DNA of 64,000 bases from Eledone cirrhosa. Lineage: Eukaryota. Positions 25,901 through 36,200 of this stretch are shown here, piece after piece (positions within the stretch are counted from its first letter, which is position 1; every line of letters starts with the position of its first letter). Both the position numbers and the translations under genes were made by a program. The stretch covers positions 124,001 to 188,000 of the forward strand of contig OZ024742.1 of the NCBI GenBank assembly GCA_964016885.1. Direction: 5' to 3'. The notes under the pieces are model-generated. The model did not search any database and was not told the DNA's origin. It was given only the letters and a program-made list of their open reading frames with translations.

Positions 25901-27669
25901 ATTGCATGTAAACGTCATGAAAAGGTCGGGGCGCCTATAATGGCGTACGTAAGTCATGCCGTCCTGAGTCCTCTCGAGCGTGTATCGGGGTCCCCCTGTG
26001 AACGTTGAAGGCAAAATACACACTTGCCCTAAATTGTCTGAGGATACGTCGTTATTAATTCCATCACGTAGATGAATGTAGCATTCAGATCGAAGTTTCT
26101 TTTGATTTAATTTAATGAACCATAATCTCTCGGACTCCATTTTAACGGCCATATCAACAGCAAATTGTTGGAAAAGGTCACGAGAACCATGTAGATGGTT
26201 GAATGAATTTTCCCTTACAATAAATCGGAAAGCGTAGAAATCCATGCAGGTCACAGTTTTACTAAGATGTGCCTCACCATTGCCTGTCGAATGTTGAGGA
26301 ATGCCGAAATGGTATCCATCCTCGCCATTGACAAATAGCAATGGATACTGGAGTGCATCGTATGACCTGTGTGTCTCATTGATACGCTGTAATATGCTGT
26401 CTCGCTGCTTTAGAATGATATCTCTCTTGTGCTGTTCACCACAAATAACCGCAGCAATCGCATTACATGTTGGTGCGTTGAACCGACCAGCGTGTTCTCC
26501 AGATGGTCTTCTGTCAGCATGTATGACCACACTAAAGTTTTGGTCGGTGGCTGTTTCGCAAAGCGTACTTGAAACTGCGAACGTAGCTGTTTTTTGTCAT
26601 GAAGCATTTCTTGAAGTTTTATTATGTTTCCAATGTTAGTTTCGGACGAAATAGAGTTTCGCATCTCTGCCTGCTCCTGGTGGTTTCCAACGAAGTATAA
26701 CTGAAGAAATTGAGGATCCTTTTCTGCCAGAGACTGAATAGACCCAATCAAGTGGTAGATCTGCCCTGGACCTTGAAAGTTGGCATGAACCCACGTTCCG
26801 AGGCAAGCTTTGCTCCGAAGGATGTCATCTGAAACGTGGAATTATAGCGGCGGATATTACGCAGAAACTTCGATGATTCCTCCGTCGTGTCTGTCAAAAG
26901 GAGTTGCAATATCTCTGGTGGGTCGTGAATATGAGGTAGCCTAAATTTACCGTTTGAACAGCACATTCCATCTCTCTCCCCTGGCCACTTTTTCGTACGA
27001 CAAAACTGGCAAGTAGAAGTCATTTCCCAAATTTTAATATCTGCATGGACGGCGTAGTCGGAAAAGGGGTCGTAGTTAAAGGCCTTCAACAACCATCGTG
27101 AATTGCAAGTCCTAGAAATGCCACGTAACGATGATCGCCGCTGTTCCCTTTGCAGAAGTCGGCCACGTCGTTGCTCTATTTCGTGCAGCAGCAGTGGCAG
27201 AGGCGTCCCTGCTTCGTCGAACAGCGCGTCGTCCTGCATCCTCTTGAGTGCGAGCAGCGGCTGTTGCAGTGGCGTCCCTGCTTCGTCGAACAGCGCGTCG
27301 TCCTTCATCCTCTTGAGTGCGAGCAGCGGCTGTTGCAGTGGCGTCCCTGCTTCGTCGAACGGCATGTCGTCTTTCATCCTCTCGAACGCGAGCAGCGAAT
27401 GTTGCAGCGGCATCCCTGCTTCGTCGAACGGCACGTCGTCCGTCAGCTTCTCGAGTGCGAGCAGCAGCAGTCGCGGCACCATTTTTGTTCCATCGAAGTT
27501 CACGCCGACTGTCATCTTCCTCCGTTCTTGCAGCTGACGTTTGCACAGCATTCTGTGAGAGCCTGATCGCAGTTGCATTTACATCTTCGGTGAGACACCT
27601 TCGCTTAGACCTACTTGCATCATTAGATAATCGACTAATGAAAGTTCTTTTCTTGAGGGGGGGGGGCAT
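22960..27669 (-). pseudogene. Helitron Rep/Helicase (RepHel) transposase, broken by frameshifts and stops
   Basis: Colinear ORF fragments: N-terminal charged repeats; Zn-finger-like CQFC..KWPGE..GMCCSNGK; HUH Rep motifs PDLFMTFTCNP, VEWQKRGLPHAH, KYVCKYLNKG; PIF1-family helicase motifs LDAPGGTGKT (~24220-24250), IVWDECTM, GDF, QFPLRLSFAMSINKS*GQ, GQPYVGCSRV. Confidence 0.93.
27180..27480 (-). repeat. 69-bp coding tandem repeat (~4 copies, 23 aa RRAVRRSRDATATAAARTQEDEG) in the RepHel N-terminus
   Basis: GC(G/A)TCCCTGCTTCGTCGAAC recurs at 27203, 27272, 27341, 27410. Confidence 0.92.
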
Positions 27670-28619
27670 TGTTTTTAGAAAATTAACCAGGGAAAACGAT
27701 AAATAGTGGACAAATAACGTTTAAGTAAACAAATCTAAACACGGATATAAATTGTGAAAAAATGTGATAAATCTATGTGGTCTGAGAAAGCGGGTATGTT
27801 TTGCAAGATTTTGTGTGCCAATCAAATTTCAGGTTTTAAGTTAGGGGCAACGCAGCGTACGGACTACCTGTGGTAAAGGAAATTAAATAGTGTGGCTACA
27901 GTGGTAGGTATATAAGTGTCAGTATGTTTATTCAGTTCGAACATAGCAATAAGTAAGTACTAACCATTGAAAGGATACAGACAAAAATGGCCGAAATATC
28001 ACAGCATGATAAACTGGAACCTTATGACCATAAACACATTAACTAAACCTCCTTTAAGGTGACAAATGTTGAAGAAGCATGCGTTTCAGAAATATGGGGT
28101 AGCTTATGTGAGTACGCAAGTACAAAAACGTACCACTTGTCAAAAGCCAAAAAAGAAGTGTGATCCTAGGTCGGACTTGACCGATATAAATAGGAGTGAT
28201 TTCGCTCAATGAACAACACTCAAGTTGTCTGATTGGTTAGATAATACAAATAAGTGTGATGAAATCTACTGAACACAACTCACTGATGTGTGGTTGGCCA
28301 GAGGTCGTCTTTTCGCACTTAATTGAGGTGCAATTAAACAGGAGACACAACCGGGTGCAAAAACTAATCAATCATTCGCACAGTTTAGGCATGAGTGTGA
28401 AATAGCACAATCCACATACAGTAGGCGTTAAAATTTACACCTGGGTTAAATCGCGCTTTCTTGGTTAGGAGTGTGAAATGACGCCAAAGTTGAAGGAAAA
28501 AAATGCGACTCCCCATTCCGTACTTAATTTAATTGTGGTGCAATTACACGGGGGAGACAACAGGGTGCAAAATTAAATTCAATTATCCTAAAGTTAAGTC
28601 AACAAACTAAAGTTAAGTC

Positions 28620-29770
28620 AGGGGGATTTAAAAATTCGCTACTCCATTTGTAGGACATGAGTAACCAATGCGTCAACTTTCGTTTATATTGACTTTTATT
28701 TCCAGAAGTTGAAATGCTTTGCTGCGACCATAATATGAACTTTAAAAGGCTCACTGCCCTCCCTAGGGGGTTACCTCGCAAAATTCAAGTGATAACGAAT
28801 GTGCGGTGCTTTATCTTATGGCAGGCAATAAACATTTCGTTTAGTTTTTGTAAGAATCAAGTATAAACTTCCGAGGTCATGGTGCTTTTTTATTGTGGAA
28901 GTTTGAAATTTTATAGGTTAATGAATTGGGCTCATTGTCCCCGAGGGGGTCCTCTTGCTGAATTGAAATGAAAGTAAATATGCCTCACTGTATCTTCATG
29001 TACATGAATAACAACTAAGTCGAAATTCATTTTTTTAGACTACCAATTATAATTATCGAAGTTATGACGCTTTGCTGCATTACAATAGCCAAATTCAATA
29101 AATGACTCTCCGGGGCTTACTGCCCCATGGGGGTCCCCTTGCTTGTTCCGGGTATAGACAGTGTCTTCAACATCATCTTTAGGCAATCGGTAACCAATGT
29201 GTCCGGTAAAGTTAAAATCGAACGTAAACTTCAAAAGTTATCAGGTACTAATACAGTGTTAATGTGAACTTCAATATATAAGTCGAAGGGGCTTACTACC
29301 CACCACCCACCCCCCGGGTCCCCTTGCTAAGTTCAAATAAAAGTTCATGTGTTCATCTTCCTTTATAAGCCATGGGTAACCAATACGTCTCGCTAATGAA
29401 AACCAAACACCAACTTAAGCAGTTATAACGTTTTGTTGCATTGATGATATCAACTTCAACAATCATCAAGTCGGTTTACTGCACCCCCAAGGGATCCCCT
29501 ACCTCAATTTTTGCGCGAGTGCATGCCTGCAAATTTATTTGTAGGCCATAAGCAAACAAAAGATTAATTTTGGTGAAGATGAGAGGCAAACTGCAGGAAT
29601 TATGGGCCTTTATGCAGTAGTACTGCTGACTCCAAGCGAGAGGCTTAAGGGGGTTATCTGCCCCTGGGGGGGGGGGGGGCACAATCGATGTACGGAAAAT
29701 TAAAATAGCCTACAACGCGTAATTGGGCTTCAGAAACTTATGTATGAAATTTGGTGCAAATCGGTTGTAA
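28620..29770. repeat. Highly diverged ~180-bp tandem repeat (~6 units) in the Helitron 5' non-coding region
   Basis: An (T)ACTGCCCC..GGGGGTCCCCTTGCT-like motif occurs at ~28752, 28935, 29118, 29293, 29477, 29655. A GTAACCAAT-like motif recurs at ~28661, 29190, 29375. Confidence 0.7.
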
Positions 29771-29856
29771 CATGTAGAAATGCATGCGGTTACATGTAGA
29801 AATGCATGCGGTTATACAAACAGACAGACAGACATCTTCTGTTTTATATATATAGA

Positions 29857-30351
29857 CTAGCAGAAAGCCACCCGGTGGGCGGTTTTCTGCTAGCTAATCT
29901 AGTGTATATACTGATATTGTTGAGATTTGGATGAGAAATGTTTTCGGCACCACATGTTCACCGTCTCTCGGTGTGTCTTTTATGCATGTATAAATATATA
30001 TGTTATCTATACGGTGAAATCTTTGAAATAAATATATGTTAAAACGAAAAAGGAGAAAAGGAGATTAGTGACGGAAATATAAACGTTATGATACATAAAC
30101 GTTATGATATAACGATCGAAATATATAAACGTTTACGATAAAACGATGTAAATAGAAACGTTTATATATAATAAGCCGAAACACTCGTAAGCCAAAACAC
30201 TCGTAAGTCGAAACGTATAAATAAAGATTAATGTAATGAATTTGAAAAGCATAGAGATTTGAAACCGCATCTATTTGTTTCCTTGGCATTTTTTACAGAC
30301 GGACAGACAGACAAACAAACAGAGAAATGCCCATTATATATTATAAGTAGA
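29857..30351 (-). mobile_element. Non-autonomous Helitron module joined head-to-tail to the autonomous element
   Basis: The minus-strand 5' end is TCTACTTATAATATATAATGGGCATTTCTCTGTTTG at 30351. The 3' end is a hairpin plus CTGCTAG at 29857, directly abutting the TC of the larger element. Confidence 0.75.
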
Positions 30352-30667
30352 CTTGGCATGGTGTCAAGTCAGAACCGCCTCGAACTGGTTACTTCTGGCT
30401 TGTGCAAGGTGTCTCTATAGCAACCAGCGATTCCCTCGGCCTCAGTGACCAAAGTCAGTGGAGAGGGGAAGGTAATGTTTCTATAGCGACAGTGTTTCTC
30501 TTGGTAGTACCAAAGTGGAGAAAGGAAGGGAAAGGTAATATTTCTGTAACACCTACATTTGAGTTTTAGGGAAGGACAGACAGACAAACAGAGAAATGCC
30601 CATATATTTCTGTGTGTGTATATATATATATATATATATTACACACACAGAAATGTATATATATTTC

Positions 30668-30712
<45 letters not shown>

Positions 30713-30967
30713 CACACACAGAAATGTATATATATTTCTGTGTGTATATATATATATATTACACACACAGAAATGTATATATATTTCTGTGTGTATATAT
30801 ATATATTTCTGTGTGTGTATATATATATATTACACACACAGAAATGTATATATATTTCTGTGTGTATATATATATATTACACACACTGAAATGTATATAT
30901 ATTTCTGTGTGTGTATATATATATATATATATATTACACACACAGAAGTGTATATATATTTCTTAGA
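30352..30967 (-). mobile_element. Probable further non-autonomous Helitron module with a microsatellite-expanded 5' end
   Basis: It repeats the subterminal motif GACAGACAGACAAACAGAGAAATGCCCAT (~30575-30603, also at ~30302-30334) and has internal ~60-bp repeats at 30410-30550. No canonical CTAG end was seen, and the boundaries are uncertain. Confidence 0.5.
30602..30963. repeat. Palindromic microsatellite array: TTTCTG(TG)n(TA)nT(AC)nAGAAA repeated ~5 times
   Basis: Read directly as alternating inverted arms around (TA)n. Confidence 0.92.
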
Positions 30968-31084
30968 ACAAAATTATTATTAATGTTTTGCTGTTCATAA
31001 CAATTGGAATTGAAAAATTACTTTTGAAATTATTAGTTATTTTACTAATGCTTAGATATGTAAAAATGAAGCAATGTTTCTAAT

Positions 31085-31275
31085 AATTGTTTCTACTTTT
31101 GGCACAAAGCCAGCAATTACCCAGTACATTACTGGTACTTTATTTTATCGACCCCGTGAGGATGAAAGGCAAAGTTAACCTCGGCGGTATTTGAACTCAG
31201 ACCGTAAAGGGACGTAACTCCATGCTATGAAGCATGGTGTCCGACTCTCTACAGATTCTGCCAATCCACCGCCCT
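31085..31275 (-). mobile_element. tRNA-derived SINE with a Nin/Deu-type conserved core
   Basis: Minus strand: Pol III box A-like TGGCAGAATCTG (31252-31263), box B-like GAGTTCAAATACC (31186-31198), then GCCTTTCATCCTCACGGGGTCGATAAAATAAAGTACCAG, which resembles the Nin core. The family call is from recall, not from a search. Confidence 0.75.
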
Positions 31276-31289
31276 AATGTCTGTACGTA

Positions 31290-31570
31290 ATGAGGGAGTG
31301 AGAGGGGAGAGAAAGAAAGGCAGAGGTGAAGTGACGAAGTGACTCTCTCCTCCTCCTCCTCCTCCTCCTCCTCCATCTCCCCATTCGTCACAGCGATAGA
31401 GGGGAGGAATGTTAGTGTGTTACAAAGAGAAAGAGTGAGAGTGAGAGAAACAGACAGACTAAAAGAGAGGGATAGCTGGAGAGAGAGAGAGATATAGCAA
31501 CCACGCGCGGACGTGTTTCCACTGTCGGACAGACAGACAGAGAAATTGCTGGTTATATATTATCAGGAGA
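31290..31570 (-). mobile_element. Outermost Helitron-type 5' terminal segment (with (CCT)n and (GA)n tracts)
   Basis: Minus strand A|TCTCCTGATAATATATAACCAGCAATTTCTCTGTCTGTCTGTCC at 31570, resembling the termini at 30351 and 29856. The LINE resumes at 31571. The inner boundary is unknown. Confidence 0.7.
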
Positions 31571-33217
31571 TTCGTTAAATGATCTTGCTGTCAAAGTCGT
31601 AGTCATTCATTACCATCCACAATCATCCCTCATACCAAACACAGGCAAAGGCTATGATAACGTCAAAGATGAAGTTATGATAGAGGAGGTCAAATTAGTG
31701 TTGCATGTATTACATCAATCTGATGTTAAATATTTGCTCTGTTGTACTTCTTTTGGGCCTTAATCCAGCCTGTTGGGCCTTAATCCAGCCCCTGTTGGGC
31801 CTTAATCTAGCCTGTTGGGCCTTAATCTAGCCCCTGTTCTTCTGCCAGGATTTCTTCTGTCCCTTCAGTCTGTTCCGAAGAACTCTTAGCAGTACTTTGC
31901 AAGGGTGGTTAATTAGGTTGATTGTTCTGTTGTTCTGGCAGTGATTGGGTCCACTCCTTTGGGTCCACTCCTTTGTTTTCCATATCTTCTGACAAGTTTG
32001 GCCCTGCATATTTTAGGAGCTCTGATGGAATATTATCAACTGCAGGGGATTTACCATCTTTAAGCACTAGCTCTTCTTCAACTTCCTCCTGGAGAATTGG
32101 ACTATCATCAATTTCATGGTTCTTATTGGTGGAATTCTCCAAGATGTTGATGTCATGTCTGTGTTTGTGGTTATAATGGTCTTCGCAATACTCAGACCAT
32201 TTTTTGATGAGGTGGGCCTCGTCCATGATGTGAAAACCAGTTTTCTTTTTCTTCAATGGTAGTGTGTGTGTGGGGGGGGGGGTTCTTTTCGTTAGCATTT
32301 TGAGGGTTTCATAAGCATCCTTACAGTTGCCCTTTTGGTCTGATATCCACTTCACTTTGGCTTCCCTCAATTTCTTTCTGACTTTCCTATTCACAGCGTT
32401 GTATTGTTGACTTGCCTCCTCTTCTGTTCGCTTAGTCTTTCTCAGGTCAAGTCATGTCTTAAATCACATAGGTCCAAGATGTCATCAGGGACTCATGGTT
32501 TATTTTTCCTTCTCTTTCTCCCCAGCACTTCTAAGCTGTTTCATGAAGTGCTTTATTGATATTATCTGTTAAGGATTAATATCTTTTTCTGGAAGGTTGA
32601 GGGTTGAAAACCTGCCACCTACGTTTGCCTCAAACATTGCTGTAACACTAGCATCTCTTAGTTTATCTACATCAAACCTGATATGTGTGGTTTCCTTTTT
32701 ATGGATCTTTTTCAATAAAAGCTATTGTGTCATCAGAACCACACCATGATCACTGCTGACATATGCACCAGGGAAGGTCCTAGTCCTGGCCTTATTGGCA
32801 CTGGACTTGAAGTTTTGAGGTGCGAGGATGAAGTCAATTTGGTTATGAGTCTTTACATTGGGTCCATGCCATGTTGTTCTCTGTGGGGTCTTGTGTGTGA
32901 TCAGTGTGTTGGCTAGGGCCAGCTTGTGGGTGTTGTGTGTGATCAGTGTGTTGGCTAGGGCCAGCTTGTGAGTACTAGCAAATTCTAGGAGGCTGAGTCC
33001 ACAGTAATTTGTTTCTCCAACTCCAAATCGTCCAACTGTCCCAGCCTAATGGCCATATGCACCCGAGCCTACCTTGTTATTCCAGTCTCCTGATTATGAT
33101 GTCTTTTTTAGGAGCTCTCCTCACCATTTTCTCCAGATCTTCACAGAACTCCTCAACAGCATCATCATAATTACGTGTTGGTACACAGACTTGTATGATG
33201 GTAATATTGTGTGGTCT
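31571..33217 (-). mobile_element. Decayed RTE-like LINE, 5' part (AP endonuclease C-terminal half, linker, RT N-terminus)
   Basis: Minus-strand motifs RPHNITIIQV (~33188-33217), GDWNNKVG (~33068-33091), HNQIDFIL (~32823-32847), GAYVSSDH (~32745-32768), KSPAVDNIPSELLK, RTINLINHPCKVLLRVL, QAGLRP, STTEQIFNI. Confidence 0.88.
31754..31838. repeat. 21-23-bp tandem repeat (TGGGCCTTAATC(C/T)AGCCTGT x4) inside the LINE
   Basis: Read directly. It duplicates the QAG(F/L)RP-coding segment. Confidence 0.9.
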
Positions 33218-36200
33218 GTGGTCTGGTAGTCACCAGCAAGGTGGTCAGTGGTTTGTGGTCTGGTAGCCACCGACATGGTGGTCAGTCAGCTGTGGTCTGG
33301 TAGCCACCGACATGGTGGTCAGTCAGCTGTGGTCTGGTAGCCACCGACATGGTGGTCAGTCAGCTGTGGTCTGGTAGCCACCAACATGGTGGTCATTCAG
33401 CTGTGGTCTGGTAGCCACCGACATGGTGGTCAGTCAGCTGTGGTCTGATAGCCACCGACATGGTGGTCAGTCTACTATCGTCTGTGGTCTGGTAGCCACC
33501 GACATGGTGGCCAGTGGTTTGTGGTCTGGTAGCCACCGACATGGTGGTCAGTCTACTATGGTCTGTGGTCTGGTAGCCACCAACAGGGTCAGTCAGTTGT
33601 GGTCTGGTAGCCACCAACATGGGTGGTCAGTCTACTATGGTCTGTGGTCTGGTAGCCACCAACATGGTGGTCAGTCAGCTGTGGTCTGGTAGTCACCAAC
33701 ATGGTGGTCAGTCAGCAGTGGTCTTGTAGCCACCAACATGGTCAGTCAGCAGTGGTCTTGTAGCCACGGACATGGTGGTCAGTCAGCTGTGGTCTGGTAG
33801 CCACCAACATGGTCAGTCAGCTGTGGTCTGGTAGCCACCGACATGGTGGTCAGTCAGCTGTGGTCTGGTAGCCACCAACATGGTCAGACAGCTGTGATCT
33901 GGTAGCCACCAACATGGTCAGTCAGCTGTGGTCTGGTAGCCACCGACATGGTGGTCAGTCAGCAGTGGTCTGGTAGCCACCAACATGGTGGTCAGTCAGC
34001 TGTGGTCTGGTAGCCACCGACATGGTGGTCACTCAGCTGTGGTCTGGTAGCCACCAACATGGTGGTCAGTCAGCTGTGGTCTGGTAGCCACCGTCATGGT
34101 GGTTAGTCAGCTGTGGTCTGGTAGCCACCGACATGGTGGTCACTCAGCTGTGGTCTGGTAGCCACCAACATGGTGGTCAATCGGCTGTGGTCTGGTAGCA
34201 ACCAAGAAGGTGGTCAGTCAGTTGTGGTCTGGTAGCCACCGACATGGTGGTCAGTCAGCTGTGGTCTCGTAGCCACCAAGAAGGTGGTCAGTCAGCTGTG
34301 GTCTGGTAGCCACCGACATGGTGGTTAGTCAGCTGTGGTCTGGTAGCCACCAACATGGTGGTCAGTCAGCTGTGGTCTGGTAGCCACCGTCATGGTGGTT
34401 AGTCAGCTGTGGTCTGGTAGCCACCGACATGGTGGTCACTCAGCTGTGGTCTGGTAGCCACCAACATGGTGGTCAATCGGCTGTGGTCTGGTAGCCACCG
34501 ACATGGTGGTCAGTCAGCTGTGGTCTGGTAGCCACCGACATGGTGGTCACTCAGCTGTGGTCTGGTAGCCACCGACATGGTGGTCAGTCAGCTGTGGTCT
34601 GGTAGCCACCAACATGGTCAGACAGCTGTGATCTGGTAGCCACCAACATGGTCAGTCAGCTGTGGTCTGGTAGCCACCAACAAGGTGGTCAGTCAGCTGT
34701 GGTCTGGTAGCAACCGACATGGTGGTCAGTCAGCTGTGGTCTGGTAGCCACCAACATGGTCAGACAGCTGTGATCTGGTAGCCACCAACATGGTCAGTCT
34801 GCTGTGGTCTGGTAGCCACCAACAAGGTGGTCAGTCAGCTGTGGTCTGGTAGCAACCAAGAAGGTGGTCAGTCAGTTGTGGTCTGGTAGCCACCGACATG
34901 GTGGTCAGTCAGCTGTGGTCTGGTAGCCACCAAGAAGGTGGTCAGTCAGCTGTGGTCTGGTAGCCACCGACATGGTGGTTAGTCAGCTGTGGTCTGGTAG
35001 CCACCAACATGGTGGTCAGTCAGCTGTGGTCTGGTAGCCACCGTCATGGTGGTTAGTAAGCTGTGGTCTGGTAGCCACCGACATGGTGGTCAGTCAGCTG
35101 TGGTCTGGTAGCCACCGTCATGGTGGTTAGTCAGCTGTGGTCTGGTAGCCACCGACATGGTGGTCAGTCAGCTGTGGTCTGGTAGCCACCGACATGGTGG
35201 TCAGTCAGCTGTGGTCTGGTAGCCACCGACATAGTGGTCAGTCAGCTGTGGTCTGGTAGCCACCGACATGGTGGTCAGTCAGCTGTGGTCGGGTAACCAC
35301 CGACATGGTGGTCAGTCAGCTGTGGTCTGGTAGCCACCGTCATGGTGGTTAGTCAGCTGTGGTCTGGTAGCCACCGACATGGTGGTCAGTCAGCTGTGGT
35401 CTGGTAGCCACCGACATGGTGGTCAGTCAGCTGTGGTCTGGTAGCCACCGACATGGTGGTCAGTCAGCTGTGGTCTGGTAGCCACCGACATGGTGGTCAG
35501 TCAGCTGTGGTCTGGTAGCCACCGACATGGTGGTCAGTCAGCTGTGGTCTGGTAGCCACCGACATGGTGGTCAGTCAGCTGTGGTCTGGTAGCCACCGAC
35601 ATGGTGGTCAGTCAGCTGTGGTCTGGTAGCCACCGACATGGTGGTCAGTCAGCTGTGGTCTGGTAGCCACCGACATGGTGGTCAGTCAGCTGTGGTCTGG
35701 TAGCCACCGACATGGTGGTCAGTCAGCTGTGGTCTGGTAGCCACCGTCATGGTGGTTAGTCAGCTGTGGTCTGGTAGCCACCGACATGGTGGTCAGTCAG
35801 CTGTGGTCTGGTAGCCACCGACATGGTGGTCAGTCAGCTGTGGTCTGGTAGCCACCGACATGGTGGTTAATCAGCTGTGGTCTGGTAGCCACCGACATGG
35901 TGGTCAGTCAGCTGTGGTCTGGTAGCCACCAACATGGTCAGTCAGCTGTGGTCTGGTAGCCACCAACATGGTCAGTCAGCTGTGGTCTGGTAGCCACCGA
36001 CATGGTGGTCAGTCAGCTGTGGTCTGGTAGCCACCAACATGGTGGTCAGTCAGCTGTGGTCTGGTAGCCACCAACATGGTGGTCAGTCAGCTGTGGTCTG
36101 GTAGCCACCAACATGGTGGTCAGTCAGCTGTGGTCTGGTAGCCACCGACAAGGTGGTCAGTCAGCTGTTATCTGGTAGCCACCAACATGGTGGTCAGTCA

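Larger units (their letters stand above)
22280..29856 (-). mobile_element. Full-length autonomous-type Helitron (decayed)
   Basis: The minus-strand 5' end begins TCTATATATATAAAACAG at 29856. The 3' end is a GC-rich imperfect hairpin (TACCGGGAAACGCCGGGTA) followed by CTCTGCTAG ending at 22280, then T. Internal RepHel coding remnants are present. Confidence 0.9.

Noticed and set aside
22960-27669. Intact active RepHel, or a host PIF1 gene with introns
   Set aside because: Multiple in-frame stops (e.g. SINKS*GQ) and frameshifts occur with colinear motifs and no intron-sized gaps, and the region is flanked by Helitron termini. A few homopolymer frameshifts could be sequencing errors, but not all lesions.
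27103-27706. Plus-strand ORFs overlapping the RepHel N-terminus
   Set aside because: They are antisense shadows of the GC-rich 69-bp coding repeat.
30553-30983. YI/CV-rich ORFs
   Set aside because: These are (TA)n/(TG)n microsatellite translations.
31186-31275. tRNA gene
   Set aside because: A/B boxes are present but no convincing cloverleaf, and the sequence continues into a SINE core.
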